Assembly: GCA_964016885.1 (NCBI GenBank)
Contig: OZ024741.1
Coordinates: 49,972,001 to 50,036,000 of the forward strand
Origin: Eledone cirrhosa
Taxonomy: Eukaryota
Reading direction: 5' to 3'
DNA: 64,000 nucleotides
Each line of letters begins with the position of its first letter. Within the stretch, counting starts at the first letter, position 1. The notes beneath the pieces were generated by a model that made no database searches, was not told the DNA's origin, and worked only from the letters and a program-made list of their open reading frames with translations. Positions 13,501 to 26,260 of this stretch are shown here, in pieces. A program made the translations under genes and the position numbers.

Positions 13501-14386
13501 TATTGTTGTTTGTGTCTGCGTGTCTGTTGTTGTTGTATCTGGGTATGTTGCTATTGTTGTTGTTGTTGATGTGTGTGTTATTGTTATTGTTGTTTGTGTC
13601 TGTGTGTCTGTTGTTGTTGGGATGTGTGTTGTATATGTGTGTGCGTATATTGTTGCTTTTGTTTTTGATGCTCCAGCGTAGTTTTGTAAATGATTTTTCT
13701 ATTTCTGACAGACAACTAATCATAGTTACCTTCTTGAATGTCGCAAATTTGGGTGGCAGACATAACACAGACATTTCATTATTATCTATTTCCGTGTTTC
13801 CATAAATGTTGGTATTTTCGTTGTTGAACTCTTCTGATAATGGGGTGTCGGCCATGTTGATACCGTCAATTTTGTCGGGATATCTATTGGTATACTCTAT
13901 AGTATCCCGATTTAGCTTTGCCTGTTTAAGCCACTTTAGTTTTCTGTTAAAGTGCTTATCACATTCTTGAGTAATGTACTGTTCTTCGGGGCGTATAAGC
14001 CTTATAAATATTAGTTTTTCTGCTGGTGTGGTGATTTTAGCTATTTCTTGTATTAGGTTACGCTTTTGTTTTTCTTGATGACTTAATTCTCTATAGATCT
14101 TCTTTTTTATGTTTAGAATTAAAGTTCGTTTTAGCCTATCTGCTTGTTTTTTGGTGAGTTGTAATCTTCTAACGTCGGTATTGATGGTGTTGGTGTAGAA
14201 TCTAGAAGTGGTGCACAGTTTTATGAAGTGTAGTTGTCGAGATGTTATGGTTTTTCGTAGACAACAGAACATGGTGGTTTTCAGTATCTTGTTAGCCTGG
14301 CTAAGGCTTACGATATTTCGTTTCTGAATTTGTTTAGCAAGATTCTTTATCTGAAATCGTGTGTTGAAACCGATATTGTTATACTT
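10574..14386 (-). pseudogene. PLE ORF of about 1270 codons: RT + Cys-rich linker + GIY-YIG endonuclease (CCHH type), with two in-frame TGA
   Basis: ORFs 13469-14539, 12908-13282 and 10574-12868 share one frame; motifs SMDVVSLYPSI, GAAIG, YSRYVDDI, CxxxxCxxC, NVVY..C...C...YIGET.R...R..EH; TGA at 13469 and 12908. Confidence 0.9.
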
Positions 14387-14400
14387 GGCTAAATCCCAAC

Positions 14401-16638
14401 TTAGAAATATTATAGAACAGTATAGCAAGAAGCATAATAGAATAGAGGCCCAGCAACTGGGAGAAAAATCTGCAAATGGCTTGCGTAAGCTCATGCAGCG
14501 CTCGCGTAATGGAGAGATAGCATGTTTTCCAACAGACAAGTCTGGCAGAATGTCGGTTGACAGCCTGCCAAACTACATCCAGGCAATGCAACCCCATATC
14601 ACTAACACAAGAGAGGTAACACCACAGGAGCATGAGGATAGAGAAAAAGCCCTCAATGCCCATATGGTGATGTGGACGAATATAATGCAGCCCAACAAAA
14701 GGACTGCCAACAACTTCCAGGCCTGGAACAATGACGTGCCGGCGTTGTATGGGCTTCGAAAAGACCATAAAACGGGCTGGGACCCTGTCGCGGGACCACC
14801 AACACGGCCAGTCTGTGGGGCTAACATTGCTAGTAACTACAGACTGTCCTACTTCCTCTCCCTGATCATACGCCCCATCATTGAGATGTCCCCAGATGTG
14901 TGTGACAGCACGGAGGACCTCCTCAGCAGAATCGGCGCGGGTAACCGATCTGGGGACCTAACAAACTGCATAATAGGCAGTATGGATGTTGTGTCCCTGT
15001 ATCCATCTATTGACGTGGATTTTGCTGTGGAGAAATGCGTAGAAATGATCAGCGAGAGCAAGGTTGAGTTCCGTGGGATTGATACCAGTGAGCTGGGACT
15101 TCTACTTAAGCTTACCCATAGTAATAGTTACCTAGACACTTATGACCTTAGCAACTTGTGCCCTACAAGACCAGCAAGAGGCAGACGACCTACCATTACC
15201 TCAATGGCCAAGAAAACCCACACAGATAGATGGAACGGGTGGACCAGAGCCATACGGACACCCGAAAACCACGATGAACTGAAGAAAATGATTGCACATG
15301 CGGTAGGGGCCAGCATAAAATTAACCCTTAAGGAACATATGTTCAAATTTAATGGTAAAACATATGCCCAAGAGGAAGGAGCAGCCATTGGTGTTAGCAT
15401 TGCAGGCGACATAGCTAACTTATTCATGGTATGGTGGGACAGTAGACTTAAACAAAAACTTAAAGAACAATTAGAAGACAGCTTAACCCTGATAATGTAC
15501 TCCCGCTACGTAGATGATATAAACATCGTAGTTAAGACACCCCCCACTAAAGAACAGTCAGGAACTAGAGAAAAACACAATGGAAAGCATCCAGCAAATA
15601 GCAAACTCCATCCACCAGAGCATTAGAGTTACTATAGACTACCCAAGTAGACACCCCAACCATCGATTACCTGTACTAGACACAGAGCTCTGGTTAGATA
15701 CCATTAACAACCAAAAACAAATCCTCCATTCCCATTATGCCAAACCCATGACTTCCAAACATCTGATCCACCGAAACTCGGCCATTTCGGACCATACCAA
15801 AATCAACATACTGATTGCGGATTTGGTACGGGTGATGAGAAATGTGTCCCGCATGTGCAACCCCGAAGAACTAGAGAGACACATACAACACTTCATCCAC
15901 CGTATGCAGTTCTCTGGCTACAATCAGAGAGATAGAATCAGAGTGTATAAAGGAGCCAGAACCAAATGGGAAAAAATGGGAAATAATGACATAAATGGGA
16001 CCTGCCCCTTGTATAGGAGCAAATTTTGGAATAGAATAGAAAGAACTAGGAACAAGGCCAATAGAATAAACTCATGGTATGATAGCAATAAATACCAGAG
16101 TGTAATGTTCATCAATACAACCCCTAGAGGCGAACTAGCCTACAAATTTAGAAGAGCCCTAAATAAACATAATCTCAATATTAAGATAGTAGAAAGACCA
16201 GGTACCTCCGTAAAAACACTTATTAGCAAGACATACCCGTTCCAAAGACCCTCATGTATAGATAAGAAATGTATAACCTGTAAAATAAGCCCCCATATTA
16301 ACTGTAAAACTAGAAATGTAGTGTATAGCATAAGATGTACAGAAGGACAATGTAGAAACAAAAATATAGTGTACATAGGTAAGACAGCTCGTAGTATAGG
16401 GGAACGAATAAATGAACACTGGCGAGACCTCCAAGATAATAAAGAATCATCTGTGCTCTACCAACATGCTAAGATAGAACACAGAGGTAGACTAGAGAAC
16501 ATAGAAATAAAAATAGAATCCACACACAGAAAAGACGCAATGTTTAGGCAAATTACAGAGGCAGTAAGCATAAAAGAATTAAAACCAAAATTAAATAGAA
16601 AATATGAGTGGAACAGCAACATCACAACTTACAATTAA
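14401..16638 (+). pseudogene. Inverted 5'-truncated copy of the PLE RT/GIY-YIG ORF, +1 frameshift in a C-run near 15541
   Basis: ORFs 14361-15626 and 15580-16638 are near-identical to the 764-aa minus-strand ORF. Confidence 0.92.
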
Positions 16639-16940
16639 GGACAAAATGAAAACACACACAGGACAAAATGAAAACACACACACACATAGAACAAACAACT
16701 TACAATTAAGGACAAAATGAAAACACACACAGGACAAAATGAAAACACACACACACATAGAACAAACAACCAACCAACAATAAATAAATAAATAAATAAA
16801 CAAATAGATAAATGAACACAAACACACACAGACACCCGGATGTGGCGCATGCGCAAACTGAGCACACAACACACACACAGAAACAAAATGGCGTAGGATA
16901 GAAGAAAGGAAAGGCACAGAAACAAAGGAAAGGAATCCCC

Positions 16941-16985
16941 AGTCACTGAAGAGGTCACAGAGTGTGTGACGAAAGGACTATGACT
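16941..16985 (+). ncRNA. Minimal type I hammerhead ribozyme (PLE family A pLTR)
   Basis: Stem I AGUCA/UGACU, core CUGAAGA, stem II GUCAC/GUGAC, GAAA, short stem III AGGACU, cleavage after CUA. Confidence 0.85.
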
Positions 16986-17204
16986 ATATATAAACAACTA
17001 TCTGGTTGTGGAACCAACCAACCAACCAGAAATTTATAAGTTTGTAAATTTGTAGATTTATAAATTTATAAATATATAATAAACTGAAGTGAAAGCAACT
17101 GGTGCGTGTGTTTCTTATTGGCAACATGACCCTCCCAAAGTATAACAATTATATATATACATATACATATACACATATATATATATATATACATATACAT
17201 ACTC

Positions 17205-18012
17205 TAAGCACGTGCGCACTAACATACCCAGCATATTCTTTAGATAAGTGTTTCCTGGCTGCACACAAATACCACAAACTTTTCAATTGCCACACGGTGA
17301 AGTTCTCATTTTCTACTGCACCCAACATGGGTGAGTATATAGCTAAAACCAATGCAGTGAAGATGAGAAATTTCAAACGTCGCTAACAACAGACGAGTGA
17401 TATTTCCGGTGTAGCTGGGAGAGCACTTATAGACATGGGCAACACATGCGACACAACCCCCACTGACATTCGACCCACAGTGGGCCGGGACCTGGGCAAC
17501 CAGCCAACGCCGACCTTGAACGTGGAATCCACTACGCCCGCGGATCGCCACGGAGGAAGCATAGTACAGTTCAAAACGAGACCCATCATTACATCAAAAC
17601 CAGGCAACCTCAAACCCGAACCTGTAACTGCCGCAATAATACACAATGCCCTCTACAGGGGAAGTGTCTAACGAAAGACATTGTGTATAAATGTGTGGTT
17701 CAGAAACATAACACAAAGCACATCTACATCGGTGCAACATCCACGACCTTTAAGTCGAGGATGTACAACCATATGAATTCTTTCAAGGACCGGGCTAAGA
17801 GACACTCCACTAGACTGGCGGACTTAATCTGGGGGTTGAAAGATAGTGGCACGGAATACAAGCTCTACTGGAGTGTAGTACAATGTGCAGCTGCATATTT
17901 CGCCAGTGAAGGACGATGTAGACTATGTCTTACAGACGCCATGGAAATAGTCAGATTAAAAAATAATGTGGTCAACCTAAAGTCTGAGGTCATCGTGGCA
18001 TGTAGGCACTAA
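17205..18012 (+). pseudogene. Hydra-type PLE remnant (thumb, CxC linker, GIY-YIG)
   Basis: HKYHKLFNCHTVKFSFSTAPN; CNCRNNTQCPLQGKCL; VYKC..YIG; CRLC. Confidence 0.85.
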
Positions 18013-18319
18013 CGGAATTGCACCTTTTCTACACTGGAAGTCCTAGATAATAGTGGAGAAAGCTGCATGGTGGAACGAGTACTATAGAGAGACTTGTTAA
18101 TGCGTCCCTCCTTTGGTTTACCTCACAGAACTCAGGACGTGTCTATCTGTCGACCGACATCCCCGGATTATGGACGACATAGTAACAGAATATATATTAA
18201 TATTAATATTAATATTGTTAGAGTATATTGTTTGAAGCATGTCACCCCCAAAATTGAACCAAATTTATTATATAAGTGCGTCGTTAATAACGTTTTATTC
18301 TTTTATTGTTATAACTGCA

Positions 18320-18499
18320 TGGATTGGCAGTATCGGTAGAGGGTTGGACGCCATGCTTTGCAGCATAGTTACGTCCCTTTACGATCTGAGTTCAAATCCC
18401 GCCGAGGTTGACTTAGCCTTTCATCCTTACGGGGTCGATAAAATAAAGTACCAGTAATGCACTGGGTAATTGCTGGCCTTGTGCCTAAAGTAGAAACAA
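18320..18499 (+). mobile_element. tRNA-derived SINE (same family as 5071-5264)
   Basis: Near-identical sequence ending GTAGAAACAATTATT. Confidence 0.9.
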
Positions 18500-18737
18500 T
18501 TATTGTACTTCATTTTATTGTATACATTTTTTTGGTTTTTGATTATTGATTCCTTTTATATATACGGGCCCACACGAGAGGAAAGACATATGTATGATGT
18601 GACATTATATCATCACTTTTATTTTATTTTGTTTTTAAATATTTACTGTATTCACCTTTATATTCATGGAGACAGTTGTGTATATATGTATATATGTCTA
18701 CATATATGTATATACGAGACCTGGACACAATTCAGCA

Positions 18738-19192
18738 ATACTCTGATCGCAGGAAAATCTAACATTTTCCTCGATGAAGCAGAAAAAAGGCAGGTTTTCA
18801 CCTAGGGGATCAAGGAAATGAATTTTTTTTATGTGCATAATGTGCCTTGAAATTTCGGGAAAATTGGCTAGACATAACTCCTCAAAAAGGCCCTAAAAAG
18901 ATAAAAGGAATGAAGTTTTTCACCTAATGCGGGCCCTAGGCCATAAAAAAAGTTGGATTTTCTTTGCTCACGGTATGAAGAAGAGGCTGACTAATACATA
19001 GTTATAATTTCAAGGAAATCGGTCTGACGTAACGCCTCAAAAAGCCCTTAAAAATCTGGAAAGAACGCAGTTTTTCACCTAATGCAGGCTCTAGGGGATC
19101 AAAAAGTTGAATTTTTTTATCTGCATAACAGTCCCTGAAATATAAGTAATACACATGTAAAGTTTGAAAAAGATCGGTTGGGTACTTCTCGG

Positions 19193-19289
<97 letters not shown>

Positions 19290-19290
19290 A
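18738..19290 (-). mobile_element. Truncated non-autonomous Helitron-like element, inverted copy of 21117-21662
   Basis: About 460 bp plus (CA)n, reverse complement of 21117-21662. Confidence 0.7.
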
Positions 19291-19312
19291 CACGTACACA
19301 CATACATACATA

Positions 19313-19930
19313 CATGGTGGCTGCCAACTCGTTTTCGAGTACGGCCACTACTTTATATCCATGTAGGAGAACCCCTATCGATGCGCTGAACGAGTGTGAC
19401 TTTTTAGTCCAGCCAGCGACTTGAAAACTCTGGTATAAACACTACACTTGTGACAATTATTGACACATAGTGCTGGACCCATGGTACCATGTGACGACAA
19501 GTGCAGAGAGATCTCCAGATATAAAGCAATGCCTGTGCCGTGAAGCTTTTATAGTGAGCAAAGGCACTGCACAAAGCCAGTCCCACTCTCTTAACCAAGA
19601 TGATATTTACCAAAAAGAAGAACAAGTCAACATCATTGGATACCATCAGGGTTGCAGGTGTTATATCAGAGTTTTCCTTCTCCTAGAATTCTGCCTTGAC
19701 AAAGGCTAAGGGGTCATCTCTCCCGGTGATTTTGGATGGCCATTGACTCTTAAGAGCTTCTTTGCCCTTTGACAGGTTTTGTTTTTAGTCCTGCAGGATG
19801 TCCAAAGTCACCCTCCTCACCAAGAAACCTTGGTGGGGCTGCCAGTTTAGTCGCCAACGACCCGACCATGAGACAGGTTGTACTGGGATACATGTTACCA
19901 GTAGCACCAGCTGGTGACCTAGCTGGTGAC
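19313..19930 (-). mobile_element. Bipartite non-autonomous RTE-derived element (5' UTR + 3' end) in (TACA)n
   Basis: RTE-type 5' motif GAAGGAAAACTCTGA; C2H2-like end FKSLAGLKSHTRSAHR*; 3' hairpin then (TATG)n; 5' half repeated at 23384-23697. Confidence 0.65.
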
Positions 19931-20100
19931 ATACATACATACATACATACATACATACATACATACATACATACATACACGTACACACATACATACATAC
20001 ATACATACATACATACATACATACATACATACATACATACATACATACATACATACATACATACATACATACTCAGTTTTATATATATACATATATAGAT

Positions 20101-20390
20101 TAAAATAACAGATTAAAGTTTAAGCAAAGAATCGTTGCTTTCACCCTTAACGGGATCTTCTGAAACTAAAAACATCAATCTGTGAACGCAGAAGTAAATA
20201 TTTCGAAAAACGTTGCAATCGAAGGAAAACAGAAAGACGATACTTTGGTTCATGAAGATGTTCCCTGGCAATGAACGGATAATAGCGAACATAATACGTC
20301 ATCAATGTTCGTCAGAATGTCGTAATGCAGACAACCAGGCATACAGACAGATATTATAAGAGCGCGACGGAGATGGATAACCGGCGCCTA
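20101..20390 (-). mobile_element. Diverged pLTR fragment of the Hydra-type PLE family at 37791-44330
   Basis: Aligns by eye with 37796-38000 and includes the hammerhead-like motif at 20117-20167. Confidence 0.8.
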
Positions 20391-20689
20391 ACACCCCATT
20401 AACAACAGAAAATTAAAAAATAAAAGCTGCAGTTAATAGCTTTAGGCCGCAAGGAATATATAAATGCAAGTTTGAAGTCAATCAGAGTAGAAATGTGGAT
20501 TTGTATAGACTTTGCAAAAATGAAGATACACACACACACAGACAACATCAGTTTTATATATATAGATACACACACATATATACATACACATACCTACATC
20601 TACATACATATATGAGAGGAGAGATTGGTGAATTAGTTATAGATATTACAAACTCTTTAATAAAAATAACATTAAAATCTCATTCTCCA

Positions 20690-21105
20690 CAACACCTAAC
20701 CTAGCTAACCACATCGCATTCAGTAACCATCATAAGCTAAGACAGTATAACTCCCACACCGCGGTACCACCACCCCTATCAAATACACCACGCCACTACA
20801 CCAATAATTACTCTAGTAGCACACCTCCCCCATCTAATCCTTCTAGCACGGACCTACCGCTTAGGTTAAACTACCCTACTCTCACTAACCGCAGAAGCAA
20901 CTGCAACTGCCGTTACCCCAATGCATGCCCATTAAATGGACACTGCCTGACACCCAACATAGTCTATAGGTGCACGGTTAAAACTGCTTCGAATACCAGC
21001 TCTTATATCGGGTCTACCTCTAACCCTTTTAAGGTACGCTATAACGCGCACTCTTTTTCCTTCCGAGACCCTAGCAACAGATGTTCGACATCGCTAGCTA
21101 GGCTC
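20690..21105 (+). pseudogene. Hydra-type PLE remnant
   Basis: CNCRYPNACPLNGHCLTPNIVYRCTV...YIGSTSNPFKVRYNAH. Confidence 0.8.
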
Positions 21106-21115
21106 ATTAAAAACC

Positions 21116-21116
<1 letters not shown>

Positions 21117-21208
<92 letters not shown>

Positions 21209-21777
21209 CCGAGAAGTACTCAACCGATCTTTTTCAAACTTTACATGTGTATTACTTATATTTCAGGGACTGTTATGCAGATAAAAAAATTCAACTTTTT
21301 GATCCCCTAGGGCCTGCATTAGGTGAAAAACTGCGTTCTTTCCAGATTTTTAAGGGCTTTTTGAGGCGTTACGTCAGACCGATTTCCTTGAAATTGTAAC
21401 TATGTATTAGTCAGCCTCTTCTTCATACCGTGAGCAAAGAAAATCCAACTTTTTTTATGGCCTAGGGCCCGCATTAGGTGAAAAACTTCATTTCTTTCAT
21501 CTTTTTAGGGCCTTTTTGAGGAGTTATGTCTAGCCAATTTTCCCGAAATTTCAAGGCACATTATGCACATAAAAAAAATTCATTTTCTTGATCCCCTAGG
21601 TGAAAACCTGCCTTTTTTCTGCTTCATCGAGGAAAATGTTAGATTTTCCTGCGATCAGAGTATTTGGTTTATTTTCTTTACATATTGTCCAGGCATGCAG
21701 TTTTTCCACGATTAGGTCTGTTGGCGGCCCGCGTTCCAAAATACCTTATCCCGTGCTACGCCGGGTACCACTGCTAG
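21117..21777 (+). mobile_element. Non-autonomous Helitron-like element
   Basis: (TG)n head; 3' hairpin CCCGTGCTACGCCGGG followed by CTAG|T. Confidence 0.75.
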
Positions 21778-21778
21778 T

Positions 21779-21846
<68 letters not shown>

Positions 21847-22292
21847 GGGTGTACATTTATGTTTGGGTATCTATAAAAAAATACATATATATGTGTGTAT
21901 GTCTATATATATATATATATGTATGTGTGTATACATGAATATTTGTGTATATATATATATATATATAGTAGTGAAAGAGTGAAGAATAACATGGTCAGCT
22001 GTACAAAAAGGGTTTTATTTACAGTATTAATAATTGTTTCATTGATCAGGTGAGTATAAAGGTCGCTAATCATTCGAAATTGCGTCACTCGACCTTAAAT
22101 ACAATGTGTGTCTGATCAAATCATCGGAATACTGGAGAGTGTAACACATGGCATTGGTATTTATAGATACATTTTATTATTGTTTATTATCTTTTATTAT
22201 TGATGTTTTCATTCACTTGATTCTCCGATGTATTTATAAATACCAATGCCATGTGTTACACCTTCCACTATTCCGATGATTATATATCATTA

Positions 22293-23291
22293 TCTATAAA
22301 AGGCAGTGTGTGTGTGCATGTTCCATGTTTATATATTTGCACAATTTCAAACCGATTCAACTCAATGTCTGTAAGAATATTGTAAATGATCTAACTTAGG
22401 TCAACGATTATTTATTTCATTCAAACTCACCCTCAATTACGGAAATAATCGATAAAACTAAATACATGACGCTTTACCCCTCTAATACAATCAGATACCT
22501 CTCTATATTCCCCTTAAAATTCGATAAAACTATATACATGCTGCAACTTTCTCTTATATACGATTAAACTTACAAACTTTAAGAGAGAGAGAGTGAGAGG
22601 AAGAGAGAGAGAGAGAACGTTTGTTTTTGAGTGTGGAACGGTCAAACATTTATTTATTTCAATGACAAAGAGAACTTATTACATTGCATACGAAACAACA
22701 ATTATTCAAAAGCAACAGATAAATTTATTCAACAACAAAAAAAATAGCGATAAATCTTTTTTAAAACATCTATCAACGAACGTGGAAGAAAGAAGTATCA
22801 GTTCAGAATAATATCCTCTATGAGGTCACTAAACCTGCTAGAAACAGCAGCTAACTCTTCCCCATATCATACCACTCCCTACTGTCTTAAATTTAGAAAA
22901 CATATCCTCTATGAGGTCACTAAACCTGCTAGAAACAGAAGCTAACTCTCCCCCATATCACACCCCTCCCTACTGTCTTAAATTTAGAAAACACACATTA
23001 GACAACCATGCTGAACAACTCCATCGCAGCTCTGTTGTTTGGCTGGCATCGTCTACGCACGTGTTGTGCAAGTACTGTGAAACAATAAATTTCAACACTT
23101 CTTTGCACAGAGATAATATCCATAGGCGAAACTACAATTGTCACTGCTGGCGCAGCTCCTGCTTCGGCAGTCCAGGTCTGCAATTCATTCACCCAGTACC
23201 TGGCAGACAAAAAAGTGCTGCCTTAAAATTGGTGGTGCAACCTAACTTTGGTAACTTACTGACCCCGAGCAACGCCGGGCTTTAATGCTAG
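22293..23291 (+). mobile_element. Non-autonomous Helitron-like element with an internal duplication of about 92 bp (22811-22991)
   Basis: 5' A|TC start; 3' CCCGAGCAACGCCGGG hairpin + CTAG|T. Confidence 0.75.
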
Positions 23292-23306
23292 TATATATAT
23301 ATAATG

Positions 23307-23383
<77 letters not shown>

Positions 23384-23384
<1 letters not shown>

Positions 23385-23697
23385 GTCAGGTCACCAGTTG
23401 GTGCTACTGGTAACATGTATCCCAGTACAACCTGTCTCATGGTCGGGTCGTTGGCGACTAAACTGGCAACCCCACCAAGGTTTCTTGGTGAGGAGGGTGA
23501 CTTTGGACATCCTGCAGGACTAAAAACAAAACCCGTCACAGTGCAAAGGAGCTCTTAAGAGTCAATGGCCATCCAAAATCACCGGGAGAGATGACTCCTT
23601 AGCCTTTGTCAAGGCAGAATCCTATTAGAAGGAAAACTCTGATATAACACCTGCAACCCTGATGGTATCCAATGATGTTGACTTGTTCTTCTTTATT
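23384..23697 (+). mobile_element. 5' half of the RTE-derived non-autonomous element
   Basis: Reverse complement of about 19615-19925. Confidence 0.7.
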
Positions 23698-24059
23698 TTA
23701 TATATACATGTATATATATGTATGTGTATATATATATATATATAAACACTCTAAAGTGGTCATGTAGGTGTCATGACAAAAAGCACCCAGTCCACACTGT
23801 AAGGTGGTTGTGTAGGTGACACTACAAAAAGCACCCAGCGTACACTGTAAATTTGGTTGGCATCCAGCTGTAGAAACCAAGCCACAATCAGTTCTGTATG
23901 AGCAAATCATAGTCACCTGACCTGATTCCTCACAAAGAGATAGCCCGTCCTACCCATGCTAGCATGGAAGATGGACGTTAAATGATGATGATGATATATG
24001 TATCGATCTTAAAGCACTGAAACGATATATCTCCAGCAGTTGACTGATGAAATCGAACT

Positions 24060-25615
24060 ATCATCATCATCCATTTTTTCACACTAGGATGGGTTAGACG
24101 GGTTGTCCCATTTGAAGCAAGTTGGGTCAGGTTACCGTGTCTTGCTCACACAGAACTGTTTCTGACTTGGTTTCTACAACTGGATGCCCTTCCTAACGCC
24201 AACTACATTTACAGTTTGTGCTGGGTGCTTTATGTGGTGACTCTTTTACAACAACTTCACAGTGTGTGCTGGGTGCTTTTTGTCAAGACACCTACATGAC
24301 CACTTTACAGTGTGGGCTGGAGGCTTCACTGGATGTATGCTACAGACTGTCCTCATGAGAGATGTTTGGGAAGGGCATGTGAGGCAAGGCATACTGTATA
24401 TATGCTCCAGCTTCAGCCTGTGCCCATGGGACGGCAGGTCTTCTGTATTACTGCATAATGCCAGGATCCCAATCCTGTGTCATCGTCTTTGATAGGTGCA
24501 ATTCAGCGAGGTCAACTTTTATCACCTCATCACAAGTTTTCCTGGGTCTCCCCACTCCAAGGCTTCCAACTTTGAGTGTAGTCTGCACTTTTTTATGCAG
24601 CTGTCATCCTTCATGCACATCACATGTCCATACTAATGCAGTCTCCTCTCCTGCACACTGCATCTGATTCCTCTTATGCCTAGTTTTTCTCTCAGTTCGT
24701 TTATGCTTTGACATTCATGTAAATTACTATTACACCTCCATTGGAGCATGCAAGCTTTATTTCTTTCCAGTCTTCGCAAGTCACACAGCACCCAGGTCTT
24801 ACTACCATGCAACATTGCTGTTTGTATACTCGCATCATACAATCTGCCTTTCATTTTGAGGGAAAAGCCTTTTGTAGCTAGTAATGGTAGTAGCTCCCTG
24901 AACTTCTTCCATCCCATTCTCACTCTGGCTACTGTAATTCCAGAATACCTACCTGCTCTGCTAATTTGATCACCCAGGTAGGAGAAGCTGTCTACTGCAT
25001 CTACCGAACTTTCATGGAATTTGGTAGCACTTGTTTCCTGTGGTCATTTGCTGTTTACTGCTCCGGTGCAGTGGCTACATGTAAAACCTACATTTTTAGC
25101 TAAACTTCCCGACATCCCATTACATCTCTTGTGTACCCATAGTTTGTATATGGGGCAGAGGATGGAATTTCTACCTATACACTGAGCAATGCCATTTTAT
25201 TGAGGGGGGATCAGGGGTTTGTTTTCTCTTCTACTTACTAGGAACTTAGTTTTTGTCAGGTTGACTTTAAGACTCCTTGTTTCTAGGCCTTGCTTCCATG
25301 TTTGGAATTTCTTCTCTAGTTCCACCATAGACTCCGCTATGAGCGTTCAATCATCCACATACAGGAGTTCCCATGGGCAACCAGTCTTAAACTCCTCCGT
25401 TATAGACTGCAGTATGGTAATAAACAGGAGAGGGCTAAGAACAGATCCCTAGTGGATGTCAACCTGCATGCTAGATTCCTCACTAGAGTCAATGTTAATC
25501 CTAACTTTGCTGACTTCTCCCCTATACATGGCTTGTACAGCCTTCAGAAGCCACTCATCTACTCCTAGTTTTCTAAGAGCCTACCAGATTATGGAATGGA
25601 GGACTCTTTTTGTGA
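24060..25615 (-). mobile_element. 5'-truncated degenerate RTE LINE with 3' UTR
   Basis: GCPWELLYVDD, GWKKFRELLPLL and ERRLH motifs; homologous to 34130-35740; (GAT)n tail. Confidence 0.85.
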
Positions 25616-25699
25616 CCTTTAATATATTTGTACATATATGAAGTCTCTCAAAATGTAACCAACCATAGGTTAGGAAAAAAAACATAATTGTAACTGCTA

Positions 25700-26260
25700 A
25701 TCCCTTTCAAATTTGACTCCTTGTACCTCCACACACTTAGCCCAGTGCAATACCTCTACTGTTCTTAGTATATTTACACTCCTTTGTTGCAGTCCACATG
25801 ATGTCCTCATGGATCTCAAAGTGAGAGCCTTTTAATGGCATCTTTATTTATGGGAACAATTTGAAGTCAGAAGGATTTAAGTCTGGGTGTAATGAGCTTA
25901 ATGTATGAGCAAAATGACTTTTTGCCGAGAAATCAGCTGGGGCATTGACATGATGCAGCTGCCAGTTTTGATAGGCCTAAAGATCTGATCTCTTCCATAG
26001 AACTGCATCAGAGAAACATCAGAGGATTTCCTGATAGCATCCCTTTGTTACTGGCTGTCCTACTGATGTGTATTCATGATACACAATACCATGATTGTCA
26101 AACCAGTTATTTTATAAATACCTTGTATTTGCTCCACACCTGATGTGGCCTTGGTGATGCTGGATACTTCCACTAGGATGACTGAGCAAGGTTTCTCAGG
26201 CTTACTTGTACATCCACATCTCATCTCCAGTTATCATGGTATTAATCTTTAGCACGCTGA
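25700..26260 (-). pseudogene. mariner (DD34D-type) transposase remnant
   Basis: Degenerate TGDE, WQLHHVNAP, PDLNPSDFKLFP and LKGSHF motifs. Confidence 0.65.

Larger units (their letters stand above)
10020..17148. mobile_element. Penelope-like element family A: near-full-length minus copy (14386 to 10020) joined head-to-head to a 5'-truncated plus copy (14401-17148), in (TA)n
   Basis: About 2.7-kb near-identical inverted repeat; RT + GIY-YIG ORF; pLTRs carrying a hammerhead; TA microsatellite on both sides. Confidence 0.95.

Noticed and set aside
13469-14539. 356-aa ORF as an independent gene
   Set aside because: Chimeric: the first 50 or so residues are antisense of the inverted copy, and the rest is the PLE N-terminus.
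19002-21938. ORFs with CV, HT, MYVC and YI repeats
   Set aside because: Translations of (CA)n, (TACA)n and (TA)n microsatellites.
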